The notes under the pieces are model-generated. The model searched no databases. It was not told the origin of the DNA and was given only the letters and a program-made list of their open reading frames with translations. Below are positions 40,101 through 51,601 of a DNA stretch of 64,000 nt, piece by piece. The position numbers and the translations under genes were made by a program. Every line of letters starts with the position of its first letter. Positions within the stretch are counted from its first letter, which is position 1. This DNA is from Candidatus Poribacteria bacterium (GTDB taxonomy: Bacteria; Poribacteria; WGA-4E; UBA9662), in the NCBI GenBank assembly GCA_046582655.1, contig JAYGDX010000089.1:20129-84128 (forward strand), in the 5' to 3' direction.

Positions 40101-41599
40101 ACCTAACGGGAAAAACTCTGATGAAAAAGGTTTTGATGTTTACAGCGCTTAGTATTATGCTTGTCAGCCTAGCGGTACCTGCACAGGCAGTTATTCCCGC
40201 ATTGGTCGGCCCGTTAGCAGCACTAATTAGTGTCTTGCCACAGATCCTTGCTTTTGTCGGCATAGGCATGCTAGCGATATTAAAACCCGGAACCTACCGC
40301 GCATTACTCACTATTGCTTGGCAGCATAAAATCATCACAACAATTATACTCTTAAGTGTCACAATCAGTAGTGGATTCTTTATTTATCAGGCTGTATCGC
40401 CAAATGTAAATATAATAGCAACTACATCGAAAGATCTACAATTGAGTAGTATCAGCCAATCATGGGCAACCTTCCGTGGTGGAATCCACCGCACGGGGCA
40501 CCAGGCTAATCATCTCGGTCCGACTGACGCAAATTTACTATGGGCATTTATAGATCGCGAAGCGGCGGTAATGGATTTTTCATCCTCTCCAGCGGTCGTT
40601 GGTAACCGCTTATATATTGGTGCTGGCCGTGGTTCGCTCTTTCGCACAGATGGGTTGGTCTATTGCCTTGATGTGAAGACGGGTAATGTGATTTGGAAAT
40701 CGAAGTCCCCCCAACAAATTTTCTCATCGCCGGCAATTGTAGGAGGGCGGGTTTACATTGGAGAAGGATTGCATTACGACGTTGACTCCAGCCTGCGTTG
40801 TTTGGATGCAAACACGGGGCAGGAAATTTGGAATTTTCAAACGGCAAGTCATGTTGAATCCAGCCCATGTATCGATCGAGGTCGCGTGTATTTTGGGGCT
40901 GGAGACGATGGTGTCTACTGCCTTGACGCACTAGAAGGCAAAGAAATATGGCACTATACCAATCTGCATGTCGACATTTCGCCAATTGTAGTGGATGGAA
41001 AACTCTATTTTGGTACCGGCTACGGTCAACCAAAAATCTACGCTGTTTCCGCTGAAAATGGTTCCGATATCTGGGTAAAATCAGTTGATCTACCCGTCTG
41101 GGGAAGTCCAACGATTAGTGGAGAATTAATCTATTTTGGTCTTGGTAACGGCAATTTTGTTGACAGTCACCAAGTCCCCACCGGAGGAGTAGTTGCACTC
41201 AATCTCAAAACGGGGGAAGAGGTTTGGTCGTTCCAAACAGAAGATGCTGTTTTAACGGCGATATCCTTTCTGAAGGATTACGTCTATTTTGGGTGTCGGG
41301 ACGGATACGTTTACGCGCTTGATGCAAAGACTGGCGACATCTTTTGGAAGTCTTCTATCGATACACCCATTGTTTCTTCACCGGCAGTTACAAAGGATTC
41401 AATCTATTTTGGAGGGACGAATGGTGTAATTTATTGCCTTGAAGCAGAAACCGGTGACATGAATTGGTGGTATAATACCGATGATATTTCAAGCGAAATC
41501 AAAATCTACTCATCACCAGCCGTGGCAAATGGGAAATTGTATATAGGATCATCAAACCGATATCTTTTCTGCTTAGGTGACACTACTCCAACCAATTAG
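40097..41599 (+). CDS. PQQ-like/BamB-like beta-propeller repeat protein with N-terminal hydrophobic segments
   Basis: Repeated motifs V(Y)xG...G.(V/L)YC(L)D..TG...W across at least 7 blades. Three or four N-terminal TM-like helices. Confidence 0.7.
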   Translation: MNLTGKTLMKKVLMFTALSIMLVSLAVPAQAVIPALVGPLAALISVLPQILAFVGIGMLAILKPGTYRALLTIAWQHKIITTIILLSVTISSGFFIYQAVSPNVNIIATTSKDLQLSSISQSWATFRGGIHRTGHQANHLGPTDANLLWAFIDREAAVMDFSSSPAVVGNRLYIGAGRGSLFRTDGLVYCLDVKTGNVIWKSKSPQQIFSSPAIVGGRVYIGEGLHYDVDSSLRCLDANTGQEIWNFQTASHVESSPCIDRGRVYFGAGDDGVYCLDALEGKEIWHYTNLHVDISPIVVDGKLYFGTGYGQPKIYAVSAENGSDIWVKSVDLPVWGSPTISGELIYFGLGNGNFVDSHQVPTGGVVALNLKTGEEVWSFQTEDAVLTAISFLKDYVYFGCRDGYVYALDAKTGDIFWKSSIDTPIVSSPAVTKDSIYFGGTNGVIYCLEAETGDMNWWYNTDDISSEIKIYSSPAVANGKLYIGSSNRYLFCLGDTTPTN

Positions 41600-41702
41600 G
41601 TTAAGAATTACCTATGTATCATCTTCTTTATTTCAGAATAACGAGAATTTGATTGCACTGGGTTCCTGTACCAACCCCTTTTTTCGCCAAGGATCCGAAG
41701 CG

Positions 41703-41737
41703 AAAAAAGCCTTCAACTCCAAAAAGAAGGCTTTTTC
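41703..41737 (+). terminator. Rho-independent terminator
   Basis: Stem aagccttc / gaaggctt (8 bp) with loop aactccaaaaa, followed by TTTTTC. It lies downstream of the PQQ-propeller gene. Confidence 0.55.
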
Positions 41738-41856
41738 AGATTTCCTGCTTTTTAGAAGAGTAGGCATAAACTGTAAGCAGAAATCCAAATTCGTAGATGA
41801 AATCCTGATTGTATAGGAAGAAACAATTTAGGACCGCTTTACAGAATACGATAATT

Positions 41857-42738
41857 ATGTCATTAGAAACAGTCGCAATTCTAAGTCCAGGAGACATGGG
41901 ACACATGGTGGGACGTGTCCTTGCCGAACATGGATTACGTGTTATTACCTGTTTAACGGGAAGAAGCCAGCGGACAAGAGTACTGGCCGAAGATGCTGGA
42001 ATATTGGATGTATCAACGCTTCAAACTTTGGTTAGTGAAGCCGACATCATTTTATCCATTCTAGTACCTGCGCAAGCAACAAGCATAGCAGAAATGGTAT
42101 CAGAAGCTATAATAGAGACACAAGCAAAAGTACTATATGTTGACTGCAATGCCATATCACCCAAAACGACTCGTAGGATATCGGAAACTATCACAAATGC
42201 CGGTGGAAATTACCTTGATGGTTCTATTATTGGTCCACCCCCCAGATCTAAGGGGTTAACACGTTTCTACGTTTCTGGTCCAGAGGTAGATCTATTTAGC
42301 AAACTCAACCAATTCGGGTTGGATATTTGTCCCTTGGGCGATAAGATTGGGAAAGCTTCAGCAATAAAAATGTGTTATGCCGCTTTGACGAAGGGATTGT
42401 CCGCACTTTGTATTGAGTTGTTGACTGCATCAAAACTCTTGGAAGTATCGGAACCATTAGCGAGTGAGTTTCAATTAAGCCAACCCTCCTTATACGAGCG
42501 AATGGAGCGGACCATACCCGGATTGCCATCAAAATCCAGACGTTGGGTTGGTGAGATGAAAGAGATATCGGCAACTTTCGCCGAGGTTGGACTCACGCCG
42601 AAGATCCTGGACGGCGCGGCGGATATGTTTCAATTTGTCGGTGACACTCGGTTAGCGAATCTGCACCCCGAAGATCAGAATTCGTTTTCTGTTATGAAAG
42701 AGGTAATTGCTATTCTCTCCGAGCATCTTGAAACTTAA
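41857..42738 (+). CDS. NAD(P)-binding Rossmann-fold protein (6PGDH-NAD-binding/DUF1932-like)
   Basis: I chose the ATG at 41857 so that the protein begins MSLETVAILSPGDMGHMVG (G-x-G-x-x-G). The track ORF begins at an upstream TTG at 41809. Confidence 0.55.
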   Translation: MSLETVAILSPGDMGHMVGRVLAEHGLRVITCLTGRSQRTRVLAEDAGILDVSTLQTLVSEADIILSILVPAQATSIAEMVSEAIIETQAKVLYVDCNAISPKTTRRISETITNAGGNYLDGSIIGPPPRSKGLTRFYVSGPEVDLFSKLNQFGLDICPLGDKIGKASAIKMCYAALTKGLSALCIELLTASKLLEVSEPLASEFQLSQPSLYERMERTIPGLPSKSRRWVGEMKEISATFAEVGLTPKILDGAADMFQFVGDTRLANLHPEDQNSFSVMKEVIAILSEHLET

Positions 42739-42840
42739 ATAGCCAAAGTGCAGACTCAAGTTGCCTCTTCGCATTTTTCAGCAACCCATTCGACTAACAA
42801 ATTTGCGGAGATAAGTAACTGCCAAGATCCAAGTTAGGCT

Positions 42841-43732
42841 TCATTCAAAAACCATTGTGCGATTACCATGTACTAGAACCTCCCGTTTAAGATGGTACCA
42901 TATCGCTCGTGCCAGAACGACCTTTTCTAAGTCACGTCCCTTTCTAATCAAATCCGTCACCGTATCTTTATGACTGATATTGACAATATCTTGTTCAACA
43001 ATTGGTCCAGCATCTAGGTCAGAAGTCACATAATGGCTAGTAGCACCAATGATCTTAACACTGCGTTCGTAAGCAGAATGATACAGCTGAGCACCAGGAA
43101 AGGTGGGAAGAAAAGAATGGTGAATATTGATAATTTGATTAGGATAGTGTTCAACAAACTCACTAGTCATTATTTGCATGTAGCGAGCAAGGACAATAGA
43201 TTCGATACCATATTCTTTCAAAAGTGCCAACTACTTCTGTTCCTGAGAACGTTTGTTGGTTTGCGTGATAGAAAAGACATAGTAATCAATACCAAATCCC
43301 CTCGCCACTGACTCTAAATCCGAGTGATTGCTAATAATCAAAGGTATTTCAACATCCCATTCCTTGGCTTGGTATCGGGATAAGATATCATACAAGCAGT
43401 GTGATAGCTTTGAGACAAAGACAGCAATGCGAGGTATTTCATCGGAAAAATACAGTTTCCACTGCATTCCAAATTTCTCCGCAATTTCGACTTGAAAACA
43501 AACTCCAAGTTCTTCTACAGGGAGATTAGTGTTTTCCAAATCCCATTCAGCTCGCATGAAAAATATTTGCTTTTGAGAATCAACGTGCTGATCAAGGCGA
43601 ATGATATTACCATTACTTTATATAAATGAATTCAGTTATCGATGCGATTAACCCCTTTCTGTCGGTGCAATGTACCAGCAAAATTGCAGAACGAATCCGA
43701 TTTTGTGTTTTACTCTTGTGGTTCATGGATTG
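42841..43732 (-). pseudogene. purU: Formyltetrahydrofolate deformylase (purU), disrupted by a frameshift in the ACT domain and an in-frame amber codon
   Basis: The minus-strand ATG at about 43732 gives MNHKSKTQNRIRSAILLVHCTDRKGLIASITEFIY, which is the PurU ACT-domain consensus ...ILxxxCPDxxGLIAxIT.... A stop follows, then a frame change to ...GNIIRLDQHVDSQKQIFFMRAEW (the FFMR motif, track ORF 43231..43557). An in-frame TAG at 43228..43230 (...SQEQK*LALLKEYG) precedes the formyltransferase domain (track ORF 42841..43230; HHSFLP, ATSHYVTSDLDAGPII). Confidence 0.65.
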
Positions 43733-44124
43733 ATGTATTCTATTCGTGATATTTTGCATTTATCTATTATCATGTAAGTTCGACTAAGAAACTAAATGAC
43801 AACCGCAGGTAGATCAGCCAAACCCTTGACTCGGGGATTCAATCAGGGTTTCTTCTCTTGGTAAGAGGAGGCAATCAAAGCTGAAATGACATTTAGTAGA
43901 AAGTTAATCTCCCTACCATGCCTGGTATGCTCAAATCTGACAGAAGAGTGGCATGATAGACATCAGGGATATCCTTTCTGTTTTTCAACTGAGTGATTCA
44001 CAGGATGATAGCAGAAAGAGCTCCTGCTCCACTAGAACTCACGTTAATTATTTCAGTTTGGTTAATAAAACGAAAACGCATATGGTACATGCTAAGTTAC
44101 ATTGAGGCAATTTTGAAACCAGCT

Positions 44125-47100
44125 TTAGGCATTCCTAACGATAACAGTTTTCGTTTCAACCATAATTAGGTATACATTACTCACCACGAGAATGCCCTTG
44201 TTATCTCGACCATCCCACCAAAAAACATGATTTCCGCTAAAGAGATTTTTCCCTTCAAAGCTGCGTCGCAAGCGGCCAGCAATATTGTAAATCCCAATTG
44301 TTACGTCGCCGGGTTCATTTAATCGGAAAGAGATTGCTGTTTCTTCGCCTCGATTAGGCGAAAACAGCCGTGGTTGTGAGTTCAATCCGGCTATGGAATT
44401 TTCAGCGTATTCATCAGTGGAATTTGCCAATTACAAGACTGCATATTGACCGAGTTTTGTGATAGTTGTCGATATGGTCCGCTCTTGGTGATTCAGTGTT
44501 CCACCGATTAATCTCCAGGAACTTGAAAGTGATCCATCATCACGGTTATTCTATCTACAAACACCAATTTTCTCGTTTTTACCGTCGACCATAAATTCAA
44601 TTGCTGCCAGCTTGCGTGGGTTAAGTTTGAGATCCCATGGTGCAAACTCATAACCATGAGTCGTAGGATTAATAGTTACGATGGTTTGTTCGGTCAAGCA
44701 GTGCGGTGGAAAAATAATCCTTGCTCGACCATCTAAGCTCTCGACACGCTCAATACGCTGATTATCGACATAATTGTTAAAGGACACCTGAATTTGGTGA
44801 TTACTGGTTTGATCTGCCCGATCTTCTACAGTTAAACGAAGTGTATATTCACCAATGAGATTTGGGGAATTCCATTCTGCCAGGGTTCCCTCTACCACTG
44901 CTTCAAGAAATCCTATTTTTGAGATCGAATACCAAAGAACGGGTGACTTACCGGTTCCATACTCAATGATGTACCTTTTAAAATTAGGGTCGTATGCAGA
45001 TCCAGTAATGCTGATATTTCGTGGAACCTGTTGCCCGGAGCTCGGAGAGGTAATACTCGCTTTTGGTGGTGTGCCATCAACAATGATCCTAACCTGATCT
45101 TGTGAAAATTGGCCAGATTTGTCGAATACTGTAAGCCGAATTTCGTACGTCCCGTCATTCAGTGAGGACAATTTCCAATTGGCCAAGAGCCCTCTTCTTT
45201 TAGTTCATTCGGTCGAGTAACGGCGATCGGGTGCCACTGACTTGTTGAGCCTATAGAGCGAAAGTCAAGCATGTACCGATCGAAGTTCTCATCTGCAGCG
45301 ATTCCGTAAATTTGTACCGAACGGTTAGCATATGTATTAGACTCTGGCCTAGTCAAGGTCGCAATAGCTCTCTTATCATCGAGAACTATTTCAATAGGCG
45401 GTATTGTCTGAGTAAAATTACCTGCTTGATCAACAGCAATTACATGTATCTGGTATCGACCAGCTATAAGCTGAACGGCATTCCAATACCCTAACTTACC
45501 GGAGACAATCGGCACGGAAGATCTTGAGATCTCAATCCACGCGTCATCAGGACCTAAGTGTTCGAGAACATAGTTGTCGAAATTTGGGTCATTTATTGTT
45601 CCGATGATTGGGATGATATCAGTTCGTAAAACATCACCTGTTTTAGGAGAATCAATAACAACCGTCGGAGCAGCATTATCCAATGGAATTTCAATTTCGC
45701 TTTTAGATCTATATTCGTTATGATCGATCGCGGTCAATCGTACAAGATACTTACCATCATCGATTTCAGAGGTATTCCAGCGGAAGATCTCTTCGTTGTT
45801 GAATTGGAGTTGAGACTGGTAAATCAACTGCCAATCTATGTTTCCTATCGCCGGACGAAATTCAACGGAAGCACTCTTCAACCCTTTTTCCTGATTTGAA
45901 CGCATTTTCGCTGTACCATAGATTGCGATCTCACCACGAACAGGTCGATCTATATCGCGCAGTTGTACAATCGGAAGTGCTGAATCATTTTTTAACCTAA
46001 TTGAGATTGCCTGCGATATTCCTATATTTCCAGCCTGATCTATAGCTTTGACACGTTAAAGAAAAATAACCATCAATCTGTGAGGTATCCAATTCAAACG
46101 CTGGGCAACAGCCAACGAGCTGTCAATTGAAAATTCCCCAACTGTTTGCTATTCTTTTCTAATACGCCCATATTCTAATACATAATGTGTAAGATGTTTG
46201 TCCTCTAACGAAACCTCAACTTCAACGCTACCAGATATGACAGCTCCTTGCAAAGGTCGAATTATTTCCACCTCGGGTTCGGTGTTATCAACTTCAATGG
46301 CCAAGATCATTTCACTTTTGTGTTGGCGGTCATAGGAACCATTTATTTGGTCAAATGAAACAAGTTGTATCTGGTATCGACCATCATTGACGGCAAAGGT
46401 ATTCCATCTATACAGTAAATTATTCTCAACGCTATCTTTTCTGCCAAAAACAATATCAGTATCATGCATGAATGCGGATCTCATAATGGGAAAAATCTGT
46501 TGAGTCATTTGATGTTCCCTTGATATCGAAAACACCGTTAATCACTTGATGCCGACTAGGTTGTGATATTTGTGAAATCGGAATTAATGAATCAACGACA
46601 AAATCAGATTTAGCTCCAATCTGATCGATGTTTCCTTCCTGATCTATGGCTTGGACAACAAACCAATGTTGTCCTTCCGCAAGCCTCACTAAAAAGCTCG
46701 ATTGTCAAAACCGTTGTCGTCCGTCAACTTAAAATTACTGTTGTTAATTTGAAACTGGTAGCGAAAATTTGAACTACTGGCATCATCCACCACCTTCAAA
46801 TTTAAAGCTTACACTTGTTTCACCAACAATCTCGCCATTCATTGGTCCACTGATAATGCGTGTAGTTGGCGATATGGCCTCCTGCTTGAATCGGCTCAAA
46901 TTCCCATCATCAAAGCTGCCGAACCAAAAACTCCCATCCAGTGATGCTGTAATGGCAGAGATGTTATTGCTATTAAGCCCGTCACTAACTGTCAGTGTTC
47001 GAAAAAATCGTCCATTTTGAAAGATACTTACGCCATCGTTTGTACCGACCCAAACCCGATTTTCCTCGTCAACATATAATGTCTGAACATGATTATCAAT

Positions 47101-48089
47101 TAAGCCGTTGGCTATGGTGAGTCGGAGCTTTGGTGTTTTTTGCCTTGATTCCAAAATATGAATTCCATTGTCTGAACCAACCCAGATGTCTCCATCCCTT
47201 GTATTAATTATGGTTGAAATTCGTCCCATTTTTTGACCAGATATTTCCTCTAATTCTCCTGTGTCCTGATTATAAATCCAGAGATGACTGGCTACAGTTT
47301 CATTACCGGCCGTCGCCAAGTAAATCCAACCTGAAGGATCAGCAAATAGTCGGGTGATCGTACGGTTAATCGCCTTGAAAATGTTAGCCTGCTGGTGAAA
47401 AATTGTGCCATCGTATCGAATCAGGTCAGGCAAAAAACCAATTGGATCATCCGGTAGTAGAACTCCAGTGCTGATCCAGATGTTGCCATCACCATCCTGC
47501 CCAATAGTCTGAGGCTATTGGGCAACCCATCGTTCAAGCCGAACGTGAGATGATTCGTACCGTTAAAATGACTTAAGAAGTTGGGGGTTGTATTATGTAT
47601 CAACCAGAGATCAGAATCCCCATCCTCGTAGATGATATGTGTTTCCTTGTTTAAAGCTATTTGCCATGATTGCCCATCAAATCGGTTGACACCGAATGAT
47701 GTCCCAACCCATATCTCACCATTTTTGCGTTGAATCATAGTATGTATTCTGTTAGCCAGTAGTCCGTTTTCTGTTGTGTAGTGATCAATCCAGTCGATCT
47801 GACTTAGATCTAGAACACCTTGGTGAATCCCTGTATCTGTCGCAATCCAGATCTCATTTTTATCTACGAAAAGGAGATAAGTAGCTGTATCCGAAACGGA
47901 AACTGTCGACCAGAATCCGTTAAAAAAATTTAGGCTATGGTCTGTGACAGTCCAAATCCTCCCAAATTGATCTTCAGCAACTAAGCGAATGTTGTTACTG
48001 CTTATATTGTTGCCAGCCTGTGTAAAGTTTCGGAAATTGAAATTTTGTTGTGAATTGATGGACTGGCACACAATAAGCAATAGAAACAC
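44125..48089 (-). pseudogene. Large surface protein with a two-component-regulator-propeller (Reg_prop) beta-propeller, Ig/fibronectin-like domains and a C-terminal FlgD-Ig-like domain, fragmented into at least six ORFs
   Basis: The track shows consecutive minus-strand ORFs at 47421..48089, 46783..47433, 46462..46689, 46149..46535, 45159..45905, 44551..45186 and 44125..44430. They overlap or abut in different frames. Propeller repeats include IWVGTSFGVNRFDGQSW, DIWVGSDNGIHILE and RVWVGTNDGVSIFQNGRFF. The C-terminal fragment ends with the FlgD-Ig-type motif ...IGIYNIAGRLRRSF...GNHVFWWDGRDNKGILVVSNVYLI. Stops are scattered through the 45906..46148 and 44431..44550 linkers. Confidence 0.55.
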
Positions 48090-48276
48090 AAATGAAATGG
48101 GTATATATACATTTCAAACTTTTCCGCTTCTGATCGTTAGGATAAGTTTGCTTCATTTGATGAAATCTTGTACCATTTGTCAGTGGAGGTTTATAAACAT
48201 GATACCCAAAATTTTAGTGAGTATATTTGTGGCTTTTATAATAGCCACTCTAGACATCAGAACTGAGGAAGATAGA

Positions 48277-49182
48277 ATGAAAAATTTGAAAATTGGGATG
48301 GTTGCACCAGACTTCACTCTGATGGGAGATGACGGACAAAAGCATAAAATATCTCAGCACCTCGGCAAGAAAAACGTTGTTCTGGCTTTTTATCCTAAAG
48401 ATTTTACTGGTGGCTGAACGGCTGAACTTCGATCGCTCCGTGACGAGTTAAGTAGAATTGAGGCTACCGGGACCGTTGTTTACGGTATCAGCACAGATGA
48501 TCAGGAATCACATAAAAAGTTTAGCCAAGCTGAAGAGTTTGGGTTCTCGCTTTTGGCTGATGTAGATCATGCTGTTAGTCAACAGTATAGCGGATTGCGA
48601 GGTCAGTCTCTATCCAACCGTGTTACTTTTGTCATCGATCATGCTGGTTATATTCGTGTTATTGACAAAGAAGTTGATGTGCAAAATCACGGTTCCGATT
48701 TGGTGAAGATAATTGAGGGTACAACCCAGTACCAGATAAAAGTTGGACAACCCGCACCAGATTTTATTGCACACGATCAAGACGGCAAAACGCATCAAAT
48801 TAGTAATCTCAAAGGCAAGAAGAACGTAATCCTTGCGTTTTATCCGGCAGACATGACACCTGGCTGAACGATGGAAGTCTGTTCACTCCGGGATGAGTTG
48901 AATAATTTTGAAACTCTTGAAGTTGCCGTTTATGGTGTTAGTGTACAAAATCAAAAATCACATAAGAAATTTGCTGATAAACACAGTCTCGGATTTCCTC
49001 TGCTGGTTGATACAGGTCGTAACATCAGTTTGCTTTACCATGCAATATCAAAACCGGAAGGCAATTGCAAGCGAATCACGATTTTGATTGGGAAAAACGG
49101 TGACATTGTTCAAATTGATGACAAGGTTAGTGTTCGAAAACATGGCAGAGACCTAATTGATTTTATCAAATCTCTAAATTAA
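48277..49182 (+). CDS. Candidate double-selenocysteine tandem peroxiredoxin (two fused PrxQ/BCP-like domains; in-frame TGA at 48415..48417 and 48865..48867)
   Basis: ATG at 48277 with GAGGAAG 6 nt upstream. The read-through translation is [82 protein letters not shown]...[82 protein letters not shown]...DFIKSLN. All three track ORFs (ending at 48417 and 48867; the next ones starting at 48553 and 48871) share one frame. Both TGAs sit at the peroxidatic-Cys column of FYPxDFTPG-C-TxE. Confidence 0.65.
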
Positions 49183-49187
49183 GTGGA

Positions 49188-49781
49188 TCAACTATTTTCA
49201 AAATGGACAAAATCAATTAGAAAGACCGCGCCTAAAAGCACGCTTTTTTGATTAGGATCTGCATCCGGCGGAAATGTGATGCCGAAATTGTCGGAGTCAG
49301 TGAAGGTTTCTTTCAAAAGCCCGCTCCACTTTTTGGTAATGTGCCCAATCTCTCTTTCATCTCGGTAGATATTGAAAGTCCACGGATGAAGCAGAGGGCC
49401 AAAGAGCTGATATATTTCCTGTCCTGATGAATCTTTTACAGAGTATATTCGACGCAAAATTGAAAATTGCCTTTTAACTGTTCCGACTAACTTTCCTTGA
49501 TTATCGAAGATCTCAGCAACATGAAAATAAAATCGGAATGGTCGGTACAGTGAAAGAACACTTTCGCCTTGCATGTCCAAAATACGCATCCTGAAAGGCC
49601 GCAGTGCCTTCAAAAACCACCTCAGGAGAAAAAAGCCACCCTCTTCTGCGGCCAGGAATAGCTCTTCTCCGGATGAACTCATAACCACATAACGGTTTTT
49701 AGTTTCGAAGTTGGTAATAATTTCTCCCCATTCTTTCTTTTGCTGGATAGCGAGTGCGTTGAGCGATTCAAGCCTCTCCAT
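49188..49781 (-). CDS. Phospholipid scramblase-family / LURP-one-related-like protein
   Basis: 197 aa. It resembles bacterial scramblase-family (PF03803-like) proteins: 12-stranded barrel sequence periodicity and a C-terminal hydrophobic helix (VLLGAVFLIDFV). Weak, recall-based assignment. Confidence 0.45.
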   Translation of the reverse strand: MERLESLNALAIQQKKEWGEIITNFETKNRYVVMSSSGEELFLAAEEGGFFLLRWFLKALRPFRMRILDMQGESVLSLYRPFRFYFHVAEIFDNQGKLVGTVKRQFSILRRIYSVKDSSGQEIYQLFGPLLHPWTFNIYRDEREIGHITKKWSGLLKETFTDSDNFGITFPPDADPNQKSVLLGAVFLIDFVHFENS

Positions 49782-49833
49782 AAATAACCTCCGATTGACT
49801 CGATTTAGGTAATGCTTTATTTAAGTGCCATTC

Positions 49834-50982
<1,149 letters not shown>

Positions 50983-50986
50983 TCAC

Positions 50987-51577
50987 TCAAAGTGTTAACA
51001 ATTTTTTTAACTGTGCTGCAGATTGGTTGGCGGGATCCGATTTCAGGACAGTTCGAATGGTAGAACTGGCTTGCGTTTTTTTGCCAAGGTGATAATAACA
51101 AAGTGCCTTCAGAATATAGATATCAGCAATCGAATCGTAATCATGACGAAAAAAGTAGTCTCGGTCAGCAGCCAGTGCGTTATCGATAGCTCGAATTGCT
51201 GTCTCAAAATCGGCAAGCTTTTGACGCCGAAGGAAAAGAGCATTGGCAAGTCCTATCCAAGCATCCGCATTTTGGGTGTCGGTAAGAATTGCATCCTGAA
51301 ATGATCTCTGTGCCTTGGAAATTATCTGCGAATTAGCACTGGGTATCTGCGACATGCTGAGATGTGTCCATCCCAAGCCATTATGCGCATCAGCCAGACT
51401 GGGATCGAGACTAACTGCCCGTTCAAATGCCAAGAGTGCTTGCGAAAAATCGTTTTGATTGTATTCAATCCAGCCGTCCTCCTGATTTTTGAAAGACAGG
51501 TCAGAATCAAAATCGCGATCCGTTCCACAACTTAAAAGGAGGCTTAGACAGACCAAAGTAATTGCAAATTTGTGCAT
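50987..51577 (-). CDS. TPR-repeat lipoprotein
   Basis: Signal and lipobox MHKFAITLVCLSLLLSCG, followed by TPR-like repeats (AxxxLGWxxL, AWIGLANALF). Confidence 0.6.
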   Translation of the reverse strand: MHKFAITLVCLSLLLSCGTDRDFDSDLSFKNQEDGWIEYNQNDFSQALLAFERAVSLDPSLADAHNGLGWTHLSMSQIPSANSQIISKAQRSFQDAILTDTQNADAWIGLANALFLRRQKLADFETAIRAIDNALAADRDYFFRHDYDSIADIYILKALCYYHLGKKTQASSTIRTVLKSDPANQSAAQLKKLLTL

Positions 51578-51601
51578 GATAGAAACTCTGAATTTATCTT
51601 A

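Noticed and set aside
41577-41816. 79-aa track ORF in the intergenic region after the PQQ-propeller gene
   Set aside because: It overlaps a clear intrinsic terminator hairpin (41703..41737) and has no RBS. I treat it as non-coding spacer.
43841-43880. Possible small structured RNA (hairpin cttctctt-ggt-aagaggag) in the 400-bp region upstream of the decayed purU
   Set aside because: Single imperfect hairpin with no recognisable conserved ncRNA motif (tmRNA, RNase P, SRP or 6S signatures absent). Likely just promoter or leader sequence.
47989-48276. The N-terminal 96 codons of the track ORF that leads into the tandem peroxiredoxin
   Set aside because: It overlaps the decayed minus-strand surface-protein gene and has no Prx homology. 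A strong Shine-Dalgarno plus ATG sits at 48277, exactly where BCP-type peroxiredoxins begin ([15 protein letters not shown]).
48415-48867. Treating the two TGAs in the peroxiredoxin as genuine stops, giving three small genes, or as evidence of a UGA-reassigned genetic code
   Set aside because: The fragments lack starts and RBSs, and the first is only 46 aa. TGA terminates other well-supported genes here (SDR at 23825, SIS at 24610), so a global reassignment is excluded. Site-specific Sec is the parsimonious reading.
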